DNA of 64,000 bases, taken from NCBI GenBank assembly GCA_030704615.1, contig CM060734.1, positions 41,106,001 to 41,170,000 on the forward strand. Direction: 5' to 3'. The notes beneath the pieces were generated by a model. The model searched no databases. It was not told where the DNA came from and saw nothing but the letters and a program-made list of their open reading frames with translations. Shown here piece after piece: positions 26,497-38,264 of this stretch (position 1 is the stretch's first letter; each line of letters starts with the position of its first letter). The stretch comes from Takakia lepidozioides. Lineage: Eukaryota > Plantae > Bryophyta. The position numbers and the translations under genes are program-made.

Positions 26497-28733
26497 ATGG
26501 CTTTTAATCGAAGTATGTATCAATGGCATCATGCTCTATTAGAAACAGTGGAGCTCATTTTGCTAGTGCTGGGTTCCGAGGACAAAAGCTGCGAACAGAA
26601 GAGGTTTGAAATCAAGAGCTGCGTAGAAAATATACTCGAAGAATACAGGAATTGTGGTGTGCCACTGGAAATTCTGGAGGGATTTTCTGGACTCGAGGTT
26701 GGTTGTATGGGGGGGAAATTGATGAAGCAGGTAACTGAGCTTCGGCAGAACATGGTGTACAACCATGGAAGGGAGCTCTTGAGCCATATGTATCAGAAGT
26801 TTCGTTTGATCCAGTTTCTGAAAAAGACCGCATTCCTCGCTGCCTCAACGAATAGAATTGTGGCCGTTATTGGGAATGCGTCCATTGTTTGGGCTACCAC
26901 GATTTTACTGGGCGGATTCTCTGTCCAAGGAGCTGTGCACATGCCTGACTTTGCAGTGATTGGGTGCATCGTGACATTGGAGGTCGTCAGGCTCTATGTG
27001 AACTCCCTCTGTTTCAGGTATGATCACGCACGTATTCAAAAACTCTAGAGAGAATTAGGTGGTCCTCCTCCGTGGTTCTGCTTCATCCTCTAATATTTTC
27101 CCTACTTTCTGCTCAACCCAAACTCGGGCTTTGGCCGAAGCAGTCTTAAATTACTCCAAGCACCCCGATCTTTGATTTATCTCCCATTGTATTTCTGGAC
27201 GTAGGGAAGTTCTGCGTTCAATGCCACATTAAGTAGGGATGCCTGCTTAGTTCTGGAAACCTATAATCAGATTCCGCTTGAATCCCTGTCTGGTAAGTAC
27301 ATAGGCAATGAAGCTCATCAACCTTCTATCTGATTCAGGGCGGTCACAATGGCTCCGGAAAGGACGAAACTTGGCCTCCTCGTTCGCAGACTTGCTGGCT
27401 ACATTTTTGTCCGGCTATTCCAGTTTCTGACAGCTGCTGGAAAGATGCTATTATGTTGGTGGAGAGTGATCCTCCTCTACTCCAAAGATCGTCACGAGTA
27501 CACATCAACACTGAAATTCGCGTTGGTTTCTTTCTACGGTTTGTCGCTTCTAGCAACTTCTGTTGATGTGGTATTTGATGAGATTGTGGGCACCGGCGTG
27601 TTCTTCTACGGGATTCCATGTCACCTTTACAGACTGGGGTTCGAGAAGTACTCTGGGAGAATGCTTATGGCGCACCAGGTATATCTCTCCTTTAGGATCA
27701 ATTGCGAAGTCTTTTCACCACTGATCTAGCCGAAGCGGAGAGAATACAAGGCAATAGAATGTACGAGTTCATAAGACGTTGTTTGCCGTAGCCTTGTGGC
27801 CATTGAACCCGCGCCAAGTTTGAGCGGAACATAAAGGGACAGAACACAGAACCTACCTCAGTCAGGGGCTGACGTCGGTAGTAAGCCTTAGCTTGATAAA
27901 GGACATTGATTCGGGTTTTCCCAGATATCCTCTAGTCTCGAAGTTGGTAAACAGAGGTACAGGCACAATTCTCTTGATAGATTGGAGGAGAGCGTCTCTC
28001 TGGTGAGAGTACCCCGGACAGTGATGAATCAGAGAATGAATATTGTCAAATTGATAATCAAATTGTAACTGAAGTTCAATCACTTTCCCAGTTGTGTATA
28101 CCTCATTGTGGAGGTGGGCACTACAAAACACTGGGGATTCAAGAACCTCACAGATTGTTCAGCCCCGGTCACGAAAAGACAAGCATGCCATATCTCTTGT
28201 GCACCTTTGTCTCAACATGAAGTATGTTGACAGAGAATTTGTAAGCTGAATTTCGTCCATGGCAGGTGATGAAGTACTGGTATAGTCTGTACGTGTCAGG
28301 CGTGACAGGGGCAGTGCCATTCGATGTGTTCACAGACAGCCAGATCGTGGTGCTGCTGCTCAAGGAAGACCAGTACTGCCTGCGCAATGTGGACAACAGC
28401 AAGCTCTACAGCGACAAGAACCAGTTCGACATGTTCATGGGCCTCAAAGTCGACGGAACCGTCGCCCAAGTGACGGAACACGACAGCGGCGTCGACGACG
28501 TTGTCAGAATGGGTTTCGTTCAGAAAATCCGCATTTTCCCTGAACCGACGAATCCCAGCGACGGCACCGACGAGATGAAAAAACGACCGCGGGCGGATGG
28601 ACGTGAACAACACGTCGTCTACATAGCGGACGATACTGTAAATGTGGACGATGAAAGAACGGGGCTTTTGACTGTTCAACACGTCGATAGTTTTCGTCCA
28701 AAGTACTGGTCTCCCCAACAATTTAGCATTTAA
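26497..28733 (+). CDS. BLE2-like / ARM-repeat-superfamily membrane protein, truncated with a foreign C-terminus (possible pseudogene)
   Basis: Exons 26497-27017, 27339-27678, 28266-28733 splice in frame (442 aa). Motifs IGNASIVWATTILLGGFS...DFAVIGCIVTLEVVRL and LKFALVSFYGLSLLA resemble the family TM region (WATVVLLGGF...DFW; ALNIFYGLAL). The long ARM region is missing. Confidence 0.6.
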
Positions 28734-28751
28734 AGTCCTATTGTTTTACCT

Positions 28752-29005
28752 TTTTTTTTAAATTAAAGTTTTTTAAAAGGGAAACACCTGGGACTGTGGG
28801 AGCGACAGCTCACAAATCAGGCCCCTTGATAGTGAGAGGAGAAAATAACCTCTTTCAGAGTAACCTTGCCATGGAGGCTGAGAAATGGGACACCGCCCAG
28901 TGAAGAGGGAGAAGAGTATACCACACCCATCAAGTAGCAGGATTTGACCCCAGAATCATCTGGGTGGCACTTTGTCTACTATCCAACTGAGCTAGTGACT
29001 GTTGG
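28752..29005 (-). mobile_element. tRNA-derived SINE (family A), full length
   Basis: Reverse strand reads CAACAGTCACTAGCTCAGTTGG (A box) ... GGGTCAAATCC (B box-like) ... GGTGTTTCCCTTTT plus an A-rich tail. TSD TTTACCT at 28745-28751 and 29006-29012. Confidence 0.85.
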
Positions 29006-29816
29006 TTTACCTAGAATTGTTAAATTGGGTAGTTCAACCAGGGCTTCACGTTGCTCCGCACTACTAGCGACGAATTCAGAGAACAACATCGAGATGGGCT
29101 ATATTCAAGTTTTATGAACATCATATTCAAATCAACGGAGAAAATGTGGTCACGGGACCTTGCACTGTGTCAAGCCTCCGATTGTTGTGGTGTGCCGAAT
29201 CATGCTCCCTAGTTTTCCCTTCCTCTTATGTTTTGCCAAAGCAAGAGAGCCCATTGCAATTTGAGGATTGTTTCATTTGATATTAATTTGACGGGTGTAA
29301 TGACTCTGGCTCGTTTTGATACAACAAGTAGATTTTGTTTATAAATATTGTTTATATGATATATTTTTCATCTTTATTTTCCTTGGTTTAGATTTCAAAT
29401 CGTCCGGATTTTGATTTAATGTCGCGGTTTCATGGTTGTTTTTTTATTTAATGCATATTTGTTCCGGAGTTCATCATTTGTTGTCTTTTCCCTTAATATT
29501 GTGCTTAAAATTGTTGGAGACCCGGGCATACTAGGAGGGGTTGAGACCAGTGGGTTTGAGCCTAATAGATGTTTGAGGGCGTATTAATGATTTTATGCTG
29601 GAAGATGACCTCAATTATTTACGCACATAGAAGCTGTGATGGTGTTGTACCTTTAGCCCCAAGCATTCCATGGAGGAAGGAAAAAAAATTCATTACGTCC
29701 ATGGGAACCTCGAAGAGCTTAGAAAAAGGATTTCCAATATCGCCGACAAGGAAGGAACTTATTAAATCCATGGTAATCTCAAGAGCTTATTGAACAAGAC
29801 CGCCTAACAATGAAAA

Positions 29817-30245
29817 GAAATGAAATGAAATGGTACTTTATAAGACAAAACTAGAGCCAAAAAGTAGCCCAAATGCAACTACTGCTCAAGGGATTGCCCA
29901 AGGGTCAAGGCCTCGTGCAGGTAAGCTGCCAAGCATTTCTGACCCTCATAATGGAGAGACTCCAGTGAGAGATTGAGTGGATTCTCACACAGATCTCATA
30001 ATATGGAGGGCACTAAAAGAAGTGTTCTTCAGTTTCAATTTCCTGGTTGCACCTGGTGCAAGCTGGGCATAGGCAGTCTTCCCGTTGCAGGAAAAGAAAG
30101 AGAATTAAATGAAATGGAACTTATAACATCTGCAGCTCAAAGAGCTTATGGGACAAAATGGGAAAAAACAAGAGATAGGTTTGACAAAACCAGAGCCAAA
30201 AAATCAGCCCAAAAGCTACATTACACGCCCCATTCAAAAACAGAA
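29817..30245 (-). mobile_element. Two tandem 3' fragments of a (CATTT)n-tailed non-LTR retrotransposon (RTE/RTE-X-like)
   Basis: Minus strand encodes a degenerate ORF2 C-terminal zinc knuckle (CTRCNQEIETEEHFF*CPPYYEI) and QKCLAAYLHEA. The 3' UTR is shared with the 52.8 and 55.1 kb copies. The second stub starts at ~30105. Confidence 0.7.
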
Positions 30246-31682
30246 TGAAAAAAAAAATAGTGAGCACGCGAAACACAGTCCAACAAGTCCCAAAGCAATA
30301 GCAAAAGCAACTACTATTCCCTTCTCCTGGTTTGTCCCGATCAGGCATCAAATTTCGAACTAGAAAATATCACAACTGGTGGACTACACATTCAGCTGTA
30401 TCTCCTTAAAAAATCTTCATTATCTCAGCCGTTCAAATTTAATGTAAATATGGTCTAACACAACCTCGTTGCAGTGTCACACACAACAAGACATAACGAA
30501 GAGATGCATTACCAGGGGCTTCCTATAGGTGGCCAGATGATAAACAAACCCTACTAAATGACAAAAAGTTAGGACACAAGTAGCATGGGGGATAGGCAGT
30601 ATGAGAAAAGAAAAGACCAATACCAATGACCAGCTTCTCACTGTGGTGGCAAAGAAAAAATTCCATTTCCTCCTCCCCCACATCATGCAATACAATGTGC
30701 ATGTCAGGCACATACCCCGCCTCCTTCATATGCCCAAACAATCTTATCAACTCAGCATGGATTTCCTTAATCTGGGATGCAACTTGTCATCTACAACGAA
30801 GGTGTGCACCCTGTTGCCAACCTCAATGCAGCAGCGACCTACCTCCTTTCTAACCCCCCTGACCTTCATCATTCTTCTCACATTTGCAGTATCATCCCAC
30901 CTGCCAGCTGCAACATAAATGTTTGATAGCAACACATATGTCGCGATATCATGTTCATCCACTTGGGGATAGATGTTGCCGCATGTTCAGTCATCTCGAC
31001 ATTGCCATGGAGTCTGCAGGCACCAAGCAAGGCCTTTCACACCACAACATCTGGATTGATTGACATTTTATTATTCAGGTCCACTACCTCACCCAGTTGT
31101 CCCGCACGTCCAAGAAGCTCCACCATGCAGCCAAAGTGCTTTACTGTCGGAGTGACACCATGATCTTCACTCAGGGAATCGAAGTAGCATCTTCTTTCAT
31201 TCAGTAGGCCAGTGTGGTTGCATGAAGAGAGAACACACATAAACGTGATACTGTCCGGCTTCAAGCTGTCCCCTTGCATTTCTTCAAATAGTTGCAGGAC
31301 CTCCCTATGACCATTGACAACCATGCTGGGCATATCTTGCGATCATTGCATTCAATGACACCACATTTCGTTCAGTCACATTGTCAGATACTCCATTTGC
31401 ATCCTCAATGCACCCACATTTCTCATACATGTCCACCAGGGCAGTGTCCAGAATGACATTTGGTACAATTCCAGCTTTGAGGATGTCACCATGCATCTCT
31501 TTGCCCTTTTCCAGGGCTGCCAGCTTGCACATGCATTGCAAACGCACACAAACGTGATGCGGTTGGGCTTCACCCCTTCCCCCATCATTTGATCATGTCT
31601 CCAAGGCCTCCATCCGGCGCCGCTGTTGTGCATATCCTGCAAGCATGGCGTTCCATAATACCAAATTTCGTTCAGCCATATT

Positions 31683-32092
31683 AAATGAATAAGAACGAGG
31701 ATTCAGTAGATGTATCATCTGGTGGGGACTTCGTAACAGGGTCCGAAGTCCAGACAAATCAATTAACGACCACTACATTTACTCAATCTGGTTGTAGAAG
31801 AACTTGCACTTCCCAGGGTGCAATTTCAACCCATGCGCTCTCAAACGCTCAAACACCACCTGAAGGTGTCTCTCATGCTCCTCAACCGTAGCACTAAAGA
31901 CGATGATGTCATCAATGTAACACCGGACAAAGTCTAGCCCCGCGAGAATCCTATGCATAACCCTCTGAAAACTCTGCAGGAGCATTCTTCAACCCAAACA
32001 GTAGGAAGCGCCATTGGTACAAGCAATCCTTCCCATGTTGGTCAATCCCCCAGAACGTCGTCTTTTGCTTGTCAGCCTCTTTGATTGGCACC
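31683..32092 (-). mobile_element. Ty3/gypsy reverse-transcriptase fragment plus LTR-like stub inserted in a PPR motif
   Basis: PIKEADKQKTTFWG...YQWRFLLFGLKNAPAEF/QRVMHRILAGLDFVRCYIDDIIVFS...HLQVVFERLRAHGLKLHPGKCKF (YIDD catalytic motif), followed by TGTAGTGG... from 31777. Confidence 0.9.
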
Positions 32093-32289
32093 CACTCCTT
32101 TCGCTTCCTCAATGCTCCCACGTTTGGCATACATGTCCATGAGGGTATTAATGGTACAAATCCAGCTTTGGCGATGCAATCATGCACCTCTTTGCCCTTT
32201 TTCAGGGCTGCCAGGTTTGCACACGCACACAAACGTGATGTGGTCAGGCTTCACCCCTTCCCCCATCATTTGCTAATAGGTCTCCAAAG

Positions 32290-33810
32290 CCTCCATCCCG
32301 CGCCCCTGCTGTGCATACCCTGCAAGCATTGCGTTCCACGACACCACATCTCGTTTAGCCATATTGTTGAAAACTACCTTTGCATCCTTAAATACACCCA
32401 CATTTGGCATACATGTCCACTAGGGCAGTGTTCAGAATGACATCTAGTACAATTCCAGCTTTGACGATGTCATCATGGACCTCTTTCCCCTTTTCCAGGA
32501 CTGCCAGGCTTGCACAAGCACTACAAACGCACACAACCGTGATGTTGTCGGGCTTCACCCCTTCTCCCATCATTTGCTCATAGGTCTCCAAAGCCTCCAT
32601 CCCGTGCGCCTGCTGTGCCTACCCTGCAAGCATCACGTTCCACGACACCACATCTCGTTCAGCCAGAGTATTGAAATGAGTTCGCATCCTTCATGATCCG
32701 ACATTTGGCCTACATGGCCACCAGGGCAGTGTTCAGAATGACATCTGGTACAATTCCAGCTTTGACGATGTCATCATGGACCTCTTTCCCCTTTTCCAGG
32801 GTTGACAGGCTTGCACACGCACTGTAAACGCACACAACCGCGATGTTGTCGGGCTTCACCCCTTCTCCCATCATTTGCTCATAGGTCTCCAAAGCCTCCA
32901 TCCTATGCCCCTGCTGTGCCTACCTTGCAAGCATCACGTTCCACGACACCACATCTCGTTCAGCCAGAGTATTGAAAACTCCCTTCGCATCCTTCATGAT
33001 CCGACATTTGGCCTACATGTCCACCAGGGCAGTGTTCAGAATGACATCTGGTACAATTCCAGCTTTGACGATGTCATCATGGACCTCTTTCCCCTTTTCT
33101 AGGGCTGACAGGCTTGCACACGCACTGCAAACGCAATCAACCGTGATGTTGTCGGACTTCACCCCTTCTCCCATCATTTGCTCATAAGTCTCCAAAGCCT
33201 CCATCCCATGCCCCTGCTGTGCCTACCCTGCAAGCATCACGTTCCACGACACTACATCTCGTTCAGTCATAATATTGAAAACTCCCTTCGCATCCTTCAT
33301 GCACCTACATTTGGCCTACATATCCACCAGGGTAGTGTTCAGAATGACATCTGGTACAATTCCAGCTTTGACGATGTCATCATGGACCTCTTTCCTCTTT
33401 CCCAGGGCTCCCAGGCTTGCACACGCATTGCAAACACAAACAAACGTGATGTGGTTGGGCTTCACCCCTTCGTACATCATTTGCTCATAAGTCTCCAAAG
33501 CCTCCATCCCATGCCCCTGCTGTGCCTACCCTGCAAGCATCACGTTCCACGACACTACATCTCGTTCAGTCATAATATTGAAAACTCCCTTCGCATCCTT
33601 CATGCACCCACATTTGGCCTACATGTCCACCAGGGCAGTGTTCAGAATGACATCTGGTACAATTCCAGCTTTGACGATGTCATCATGGACCTCTTTCCCC
33701 TTTCCCAGGGCTCCCAGGCTTGCACACGCATTGCAAACACAAACAAACCTGATGTGGTTGGGCTTCACCCCTTCGTACATCATTTGTTCATAGGTCTCCA
33801 AAGCATTCAT
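32290..33810 (-). repeat. 303-bp tandem array (one P-L-S triplet, 101 codons, per unit; ~5 units)
   Basis: MEALETYEQ-type starts at 33810, 33507, 33204 and 32901 (exact 303-bp spacing) and at 32600 (301 bp, 2-nt deletion). Confidence 0.95.
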
Positions 33811-34995
33811 ACCACACCCGAGCTTGGTAAATCCTCATCTCTGTTATCTGTTTTTGGATACTTTCCTGCTGCCACATTGGCAGTTACTTGTCAAAGTCAT
33901 TCCAAACCACCACAGATCCACCCAACGAGCTAACTTACAAAATTTAATATGTATCTCAGGGCCGAGTCTGATGAGAGGGCAAAATAGACTGAAATAGGTC
34001 GAAGAAGAAGGTGCCCTCACCACATTGTCCTTGACAATTCAGTATGCACGTCAGGGCCGAGTCCGATGAGAGGGCAAAACAAGCTGAAATAGGCTGGGCA
34101 TATCCTGCAATCGTCGCATTCCATGACACCACATTTCGTTCAGCCACATTGTCAAATACTCCCTTTGCATCCTCCATGCACCCACATTTTGCATACATGT
34201 CCACCAGGGCAGTGTCGAGAATGACATTTGGTACAATTCCAGCTTTGATGATGTCACCATGCACCTCTTTGCCATTTTCCAGGGCTGCCAGGCTTGCACA
34301 AGCATTGCCAACGCACACAAATGTGATGTGGTTGCACTTCACCCCTTCCCCCATCATTTGCTCATAGGTCTCCAAGGCCTCCATCCCACGCCCCTGTTGT
34401 GCATATCCTCAAGCATGGCGTTCCAGGACACCAAATCTCGTTCAGCCATATTGTTGAACACTCCCTCCACATCCTCAATGCTCCCATATTTGGCATACAT
34501 GTCCATGAGAGTATTGTTCAGAATCAGTGATCACATCTGGTACAATTCCAACTTTGGAAATCATGCATGTCATTTGGAAATTAGCTGAGCAGCCATAAGA
34601 TTTACCAAAAGCCTAGTACACCAACACGAAACCGGTTTTCATTTCTGAAAACAAAAGATCATGCATTGAGAATGGAAATGAACATGACCTTGTTGGGCTT
34701 TTGGCCTTCCCGTATCATTTGCTCATACATCTTGAAAGCCTCCATACCACACCATGTTGGGCTGTGTTTCTACTGTGTTTCTGACAGTAAACTAACTATG
34801 ACAGTGATAACTACAAAGAGCCCCTGGAGGGACACCTTACCTGCCGACACCAACTGAATTCCATCCCTTGTGCTCTTCGAGCTTCATGTGAACAGCCCTG
34901 CCATATTGTCAAACACTAGATGCGCATCCGTTATGTTCCCACATTTGGCATACATGTTAGCAATGGCAGTTTCCAAGACGATATTTGGCTCAATT

Positions 34996-35764
34996 TGTCA
35001 AGGACGAGAACGTGACTGAACACAAACAAGAGATCAGACTAGAGGTACAAGACTAGGCAAGCAGTCAAGGTCCGCATGGTCGTATGCACGATGAGTAAAT
35101 AGGAATCAAGGCAATCTTTATAACAATGAACAAGGGTACAAAATATTGGAACACGACTTGAATACTGGAATGCTGGAAACTAGACTGGAGTACCAGATAC
35201 TGGAAACTGGGCTAGGGTACTGGGAACTGGAAACAAGAGTAGCTTGAACTGGTGTTGGCGGGACTGAAGAGTGTCCAGTCTCGCCTCCTATATATACTGG
35301 CTACTAAGAAGCTTCCCTAAGAAGCTTCCCCTATGGAGGTTTCTTGCTGGAGAAGTTTCGAAGATTAAACAAAGGTTTCTTGATGGAGAAGTTTCCTTAA
35401 ACAAATGAGGTATCTTGATAGAGAAGTTTCTTCCAAAGGAAGCTTCCTGAGCAGTTTCCCAAGTTACTCTTGGTAATTTGGTAAACTCCCGATAACTTGA
35501 TAAGTAATGGTAAATCATGGTAGATCATGGGAAATCACGGTAGCATGATAACTTTCGGTAGCATGATAACTTCTGGTATTTACTCCTGGTAAGTTCCTCT
35601 GGGCTATGTCCGTGACATCACCCCCTCCTCTAGTGCCGAGTTCCTCGAGGAGCGGTAAAATCTTGGACTTGCTTAGAGTTGGAGAAAATCCAAAATCCGG
35701 CGAATGGTACTTACCAAGTATTCGACTCTTTGTTCTTGACTCAAATGATTTATAGGTCCCTGCA
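34996..35764 (-). mobile_element. LTR-retrotransposon 3' end: complete 622-bp LTR (34996-35617), PPT and internal stub (copy A)
   Basis: On the minus strand the LTR begins TGTCACGG and ends CCTTGACA (TGTCA/TGACA inverted ends). It is preceded by the polypurine tract AGAGGAGGGGGTGA and contains a TATATATAG box. Confidence 0.9.
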
Positions 35765-35837
35765 ACCATCGATAGTGTCCAACACCTTGAACTTGGGACC
35801 ACGCAGTGATTTGAGCATTCTGATTTGAGCATTCTAA

Positions 35838-36595
35838 TGCAAGGACCTATAAATCATTTAAGTCAAGAACGAAGAGCCGAATACTTGGCAAGTATCATTC
35901 GCCGGATTTTGGATTTTCTCCAACTCTAAGCAAGTCCAAGATTTTCTCGCTCCTCGAGCAACTCGGCGCTAGAGAAGGGGGTGATATCACGGACATAGCC
36001 CAGATGAACTTATCAAGAGTAAATACCAGAAGTTATGAAATTACCATGTTATCAGAAGTTACCATGACTTACCAAGTTACCGAGAGTTTACCAAATTACC
36101 AAGAAACTCTTGGGAAACTGCTTAGGAAGCTTCCTTTGGAGGAAACTTCTCCATCAAGATACCTCATTTGTTTAAGGAAGCTTCTCCATCAAGAAACCTT
36201 TATTTAATCTTGGAAACTTCTCCAGTAAGAAACCTCCATAAGGGAAGCTTCTTATGGAAACTTCTTGGTATCCAGTATATATAGGAGGCGAGACTGGACA
36301 CTCTTCAATTTCGCCAACATCAGTTCAAGCTACTCTTGTTTCCAATTTCCAGTACTCCAGTCCAGTTCCCAATACTCTAACCCAGTTTCCAATATCTGGT
36401 ACTCCAATCCAGTTTCCAGCATTCCAGTATTCAAGTCATGTTTCAATATCTTGTACTCTTGTTCATTGTTATAAAAATCGTCTTGATTCTTATTTACCCA
36501 TCGTGCATTCGGCCACGCCGACCTTGACTTCTTGTCTAGTCTTGTACCTCTAGTCTGATCTCTTGTTTGTGTTCAGTCATGTTCTCGTCATTGAC
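35838..36595 (+). mobile_element. Inverted copy B of the same LTR family: internal stub, PPT and LTR (35985-36595)
   Basis: Reverse complement of 34996-35764 with scattered substitutions and indels; PPT AGAGAAGGGGGTGA at 35971-35984. Confidence 0.9.
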
Positions 36596-37063
36596 TGAAC
36601 ACAAACAAGAGATCAGACTAGAAGTACAAGACTAGACAAGAAGTCAAGGTCGGCGTGGCCGTATGCACAATGAGTAAATAGGAATCAAGGCGATATTTAT
36701 AACAATGAACAAAAGTACAAGATATTGGAACACTACTTGAATACTGGAATGCTGGAAACTGGACTGGAGTACCAGATACTGGAAACTGGGCTAGGGTACT
36801 GGGAACTGGAAACAAGAGTAGCTTGAACTGATGTTGGCGAGACTGAAGAGTGTCCAGTCTCGCCTCCTATATATACTAGCTACTAAGAAGCTTCCCTAAG
36901 AAGCTTCCCTAAGAAGCTTATCCTATGGAGGTTTCTTGCTGGAGAAGTTTCCAAGATTAAACAAAGGTTTCTTGATGGAGAAGCTTCCTTAAACAAATGA
37001 GATATCTTGATGGAGAAGTTTCCTCGAAAGGAAGCTTCCTGAGCAGTTTCCCAAGTTACTCTT
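36592..37063 (-). mobile_element. Partial LTR copy C (same orientation as A)
   Basis: Near-identical to 35012-35471. It joins copy B through TGAC microhomology, and PPR sequence resumes at 37064. Confidence 0.9.
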
Positions 37064-38117
37064 CAATGCACCAAATTTTGGCATACATGTCAAGTATAAT
37101 AACAGACAGTGAAATCACATTCCCCTGCCAAATTTTTCTCCAATGAGGGGCTAGAGCAGCACAGTTGGACTAGCTTGTGATTTGTAGGCTGTGTACATTT
37201 CTGACTGAGTTCCCTCAATCCCCAGAATAAGCTCCTGCATGGGTTGATAATAAAAGGGGACTGAACCCCGACGGTGTGCCTGTGGCACCCTATACCTGAA
37301 TGAAATAGGTTGAAGAAGAAGGAGCCCTCACCACATTGTCTGGTCTGTGAGAACCCAACGAGCTAACTTACAGAACCCAACATGCATCTCAGGGCCGAGT
37401 CTGATGAGAGGGCAAAACAGACAGAAATAGGTTGAAGAAGAAGGAGCCCTCACAACATAGCTAACTTACACGCTTCTGCCCCTCCGCGCTCAAGGATGCA
37501 GGGACTCCCCGCGCTGCAAGACATCGTACAGTCTCCAATGCCTCCATCCCACATCCATGCTGGGCAAACGCTCAGCCATACTGTTGAACACTGCCATCTT
37601 TCATGCTCACACACTTCTCATACATGTTCCCCAGAATGATGGTTGGCACGATTCCAGCTTTCAATGGCAGCATGGACCTCTCTAGAGCTTGAAATCCGGC
37701 CCTCTTGCATGAATTTGAACGTAACTTACTCATTCCAGAGCTTCTCCTCGTCTCTATTATCTTCAAGAGCCCACATTTGCAGGTCTATGGACAAACTTCT
37801 TTATATCGTACATTAAGAAAAGCCACACCTGGCGATTGCGGTTGTCTCACCATTGTGCCAAGGATGTGGGGGCTCCCGACGCTGCAAGAGAGGCTATTCG
37901 CGGTTGTCTTCGGCCATTTCGGATCGGTCTGTGAGAACGACCACGGTGCAGCTAAGCAGACAGAGATTGAAACACGGCCTGGCAAAACTAAGCTGACTTT
38001 CGCAAGAACCTTGTAAACATAAGGAAGAATACCAAATCATGGTACTAACAGGAGGCAGAGATTGAAACCTATCTAAACCTGTTCTAAATGCCAAGCCTTA
38101 TCAACCTATGTAGCCAT

Positions 38118-38170
<53 letters not shown>

Positions 38171-38264
38171 GAACATCAAACAGAAGCAGGGAGGAAAAGG
38201 GTCCGTCTGAAGGAAGTACCGTTCAAGAATTTTTGGATTTTTCGGGCAATTCGGGCAGATAGAA

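Larger units (their letters stand above)
30430..34990 (-). pseudogene. PLS-class PPR-DYW RNA-editing factor pseudogene (scrambled, with tandem P-L-S amplification)
   Basis: Minus strand shows repeated RDVVSWN.MLAG.AQQG.GMEAL...GVKPD.IT.VCV.SACASL.ALEKGKEVH..IVKAGIVPDVILNTALVDM.AKCG, an E/E+ region (YVLLSNIYVAAGRWDD...IEVGNRVHTFVVDD.LHP) and a DYW start (GYVPD...HHSEKL). Many stops, frameshifts and insertions. Confidence 0.92.

Noticed and set aside
33178-33933. 251-aa plus-strand His/Leu-rich ORF (likewise 40928-41752)
   Set aside because: Antisense shadow of tandem PPR repeats, with no independent domain signal.
33968-34000. Hammerhead-ribozyme-like CTGATGA...GAAA motif (also ~34063 and ~37401)
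   Set aside because: The bases between CTGATGA and GAAA (GAGGGCAAAATAGACT) do not form stem II, and other copies mutate the core (CCGATGA, CTGATTA). It is part of the PPR-5'/OSB cassette.
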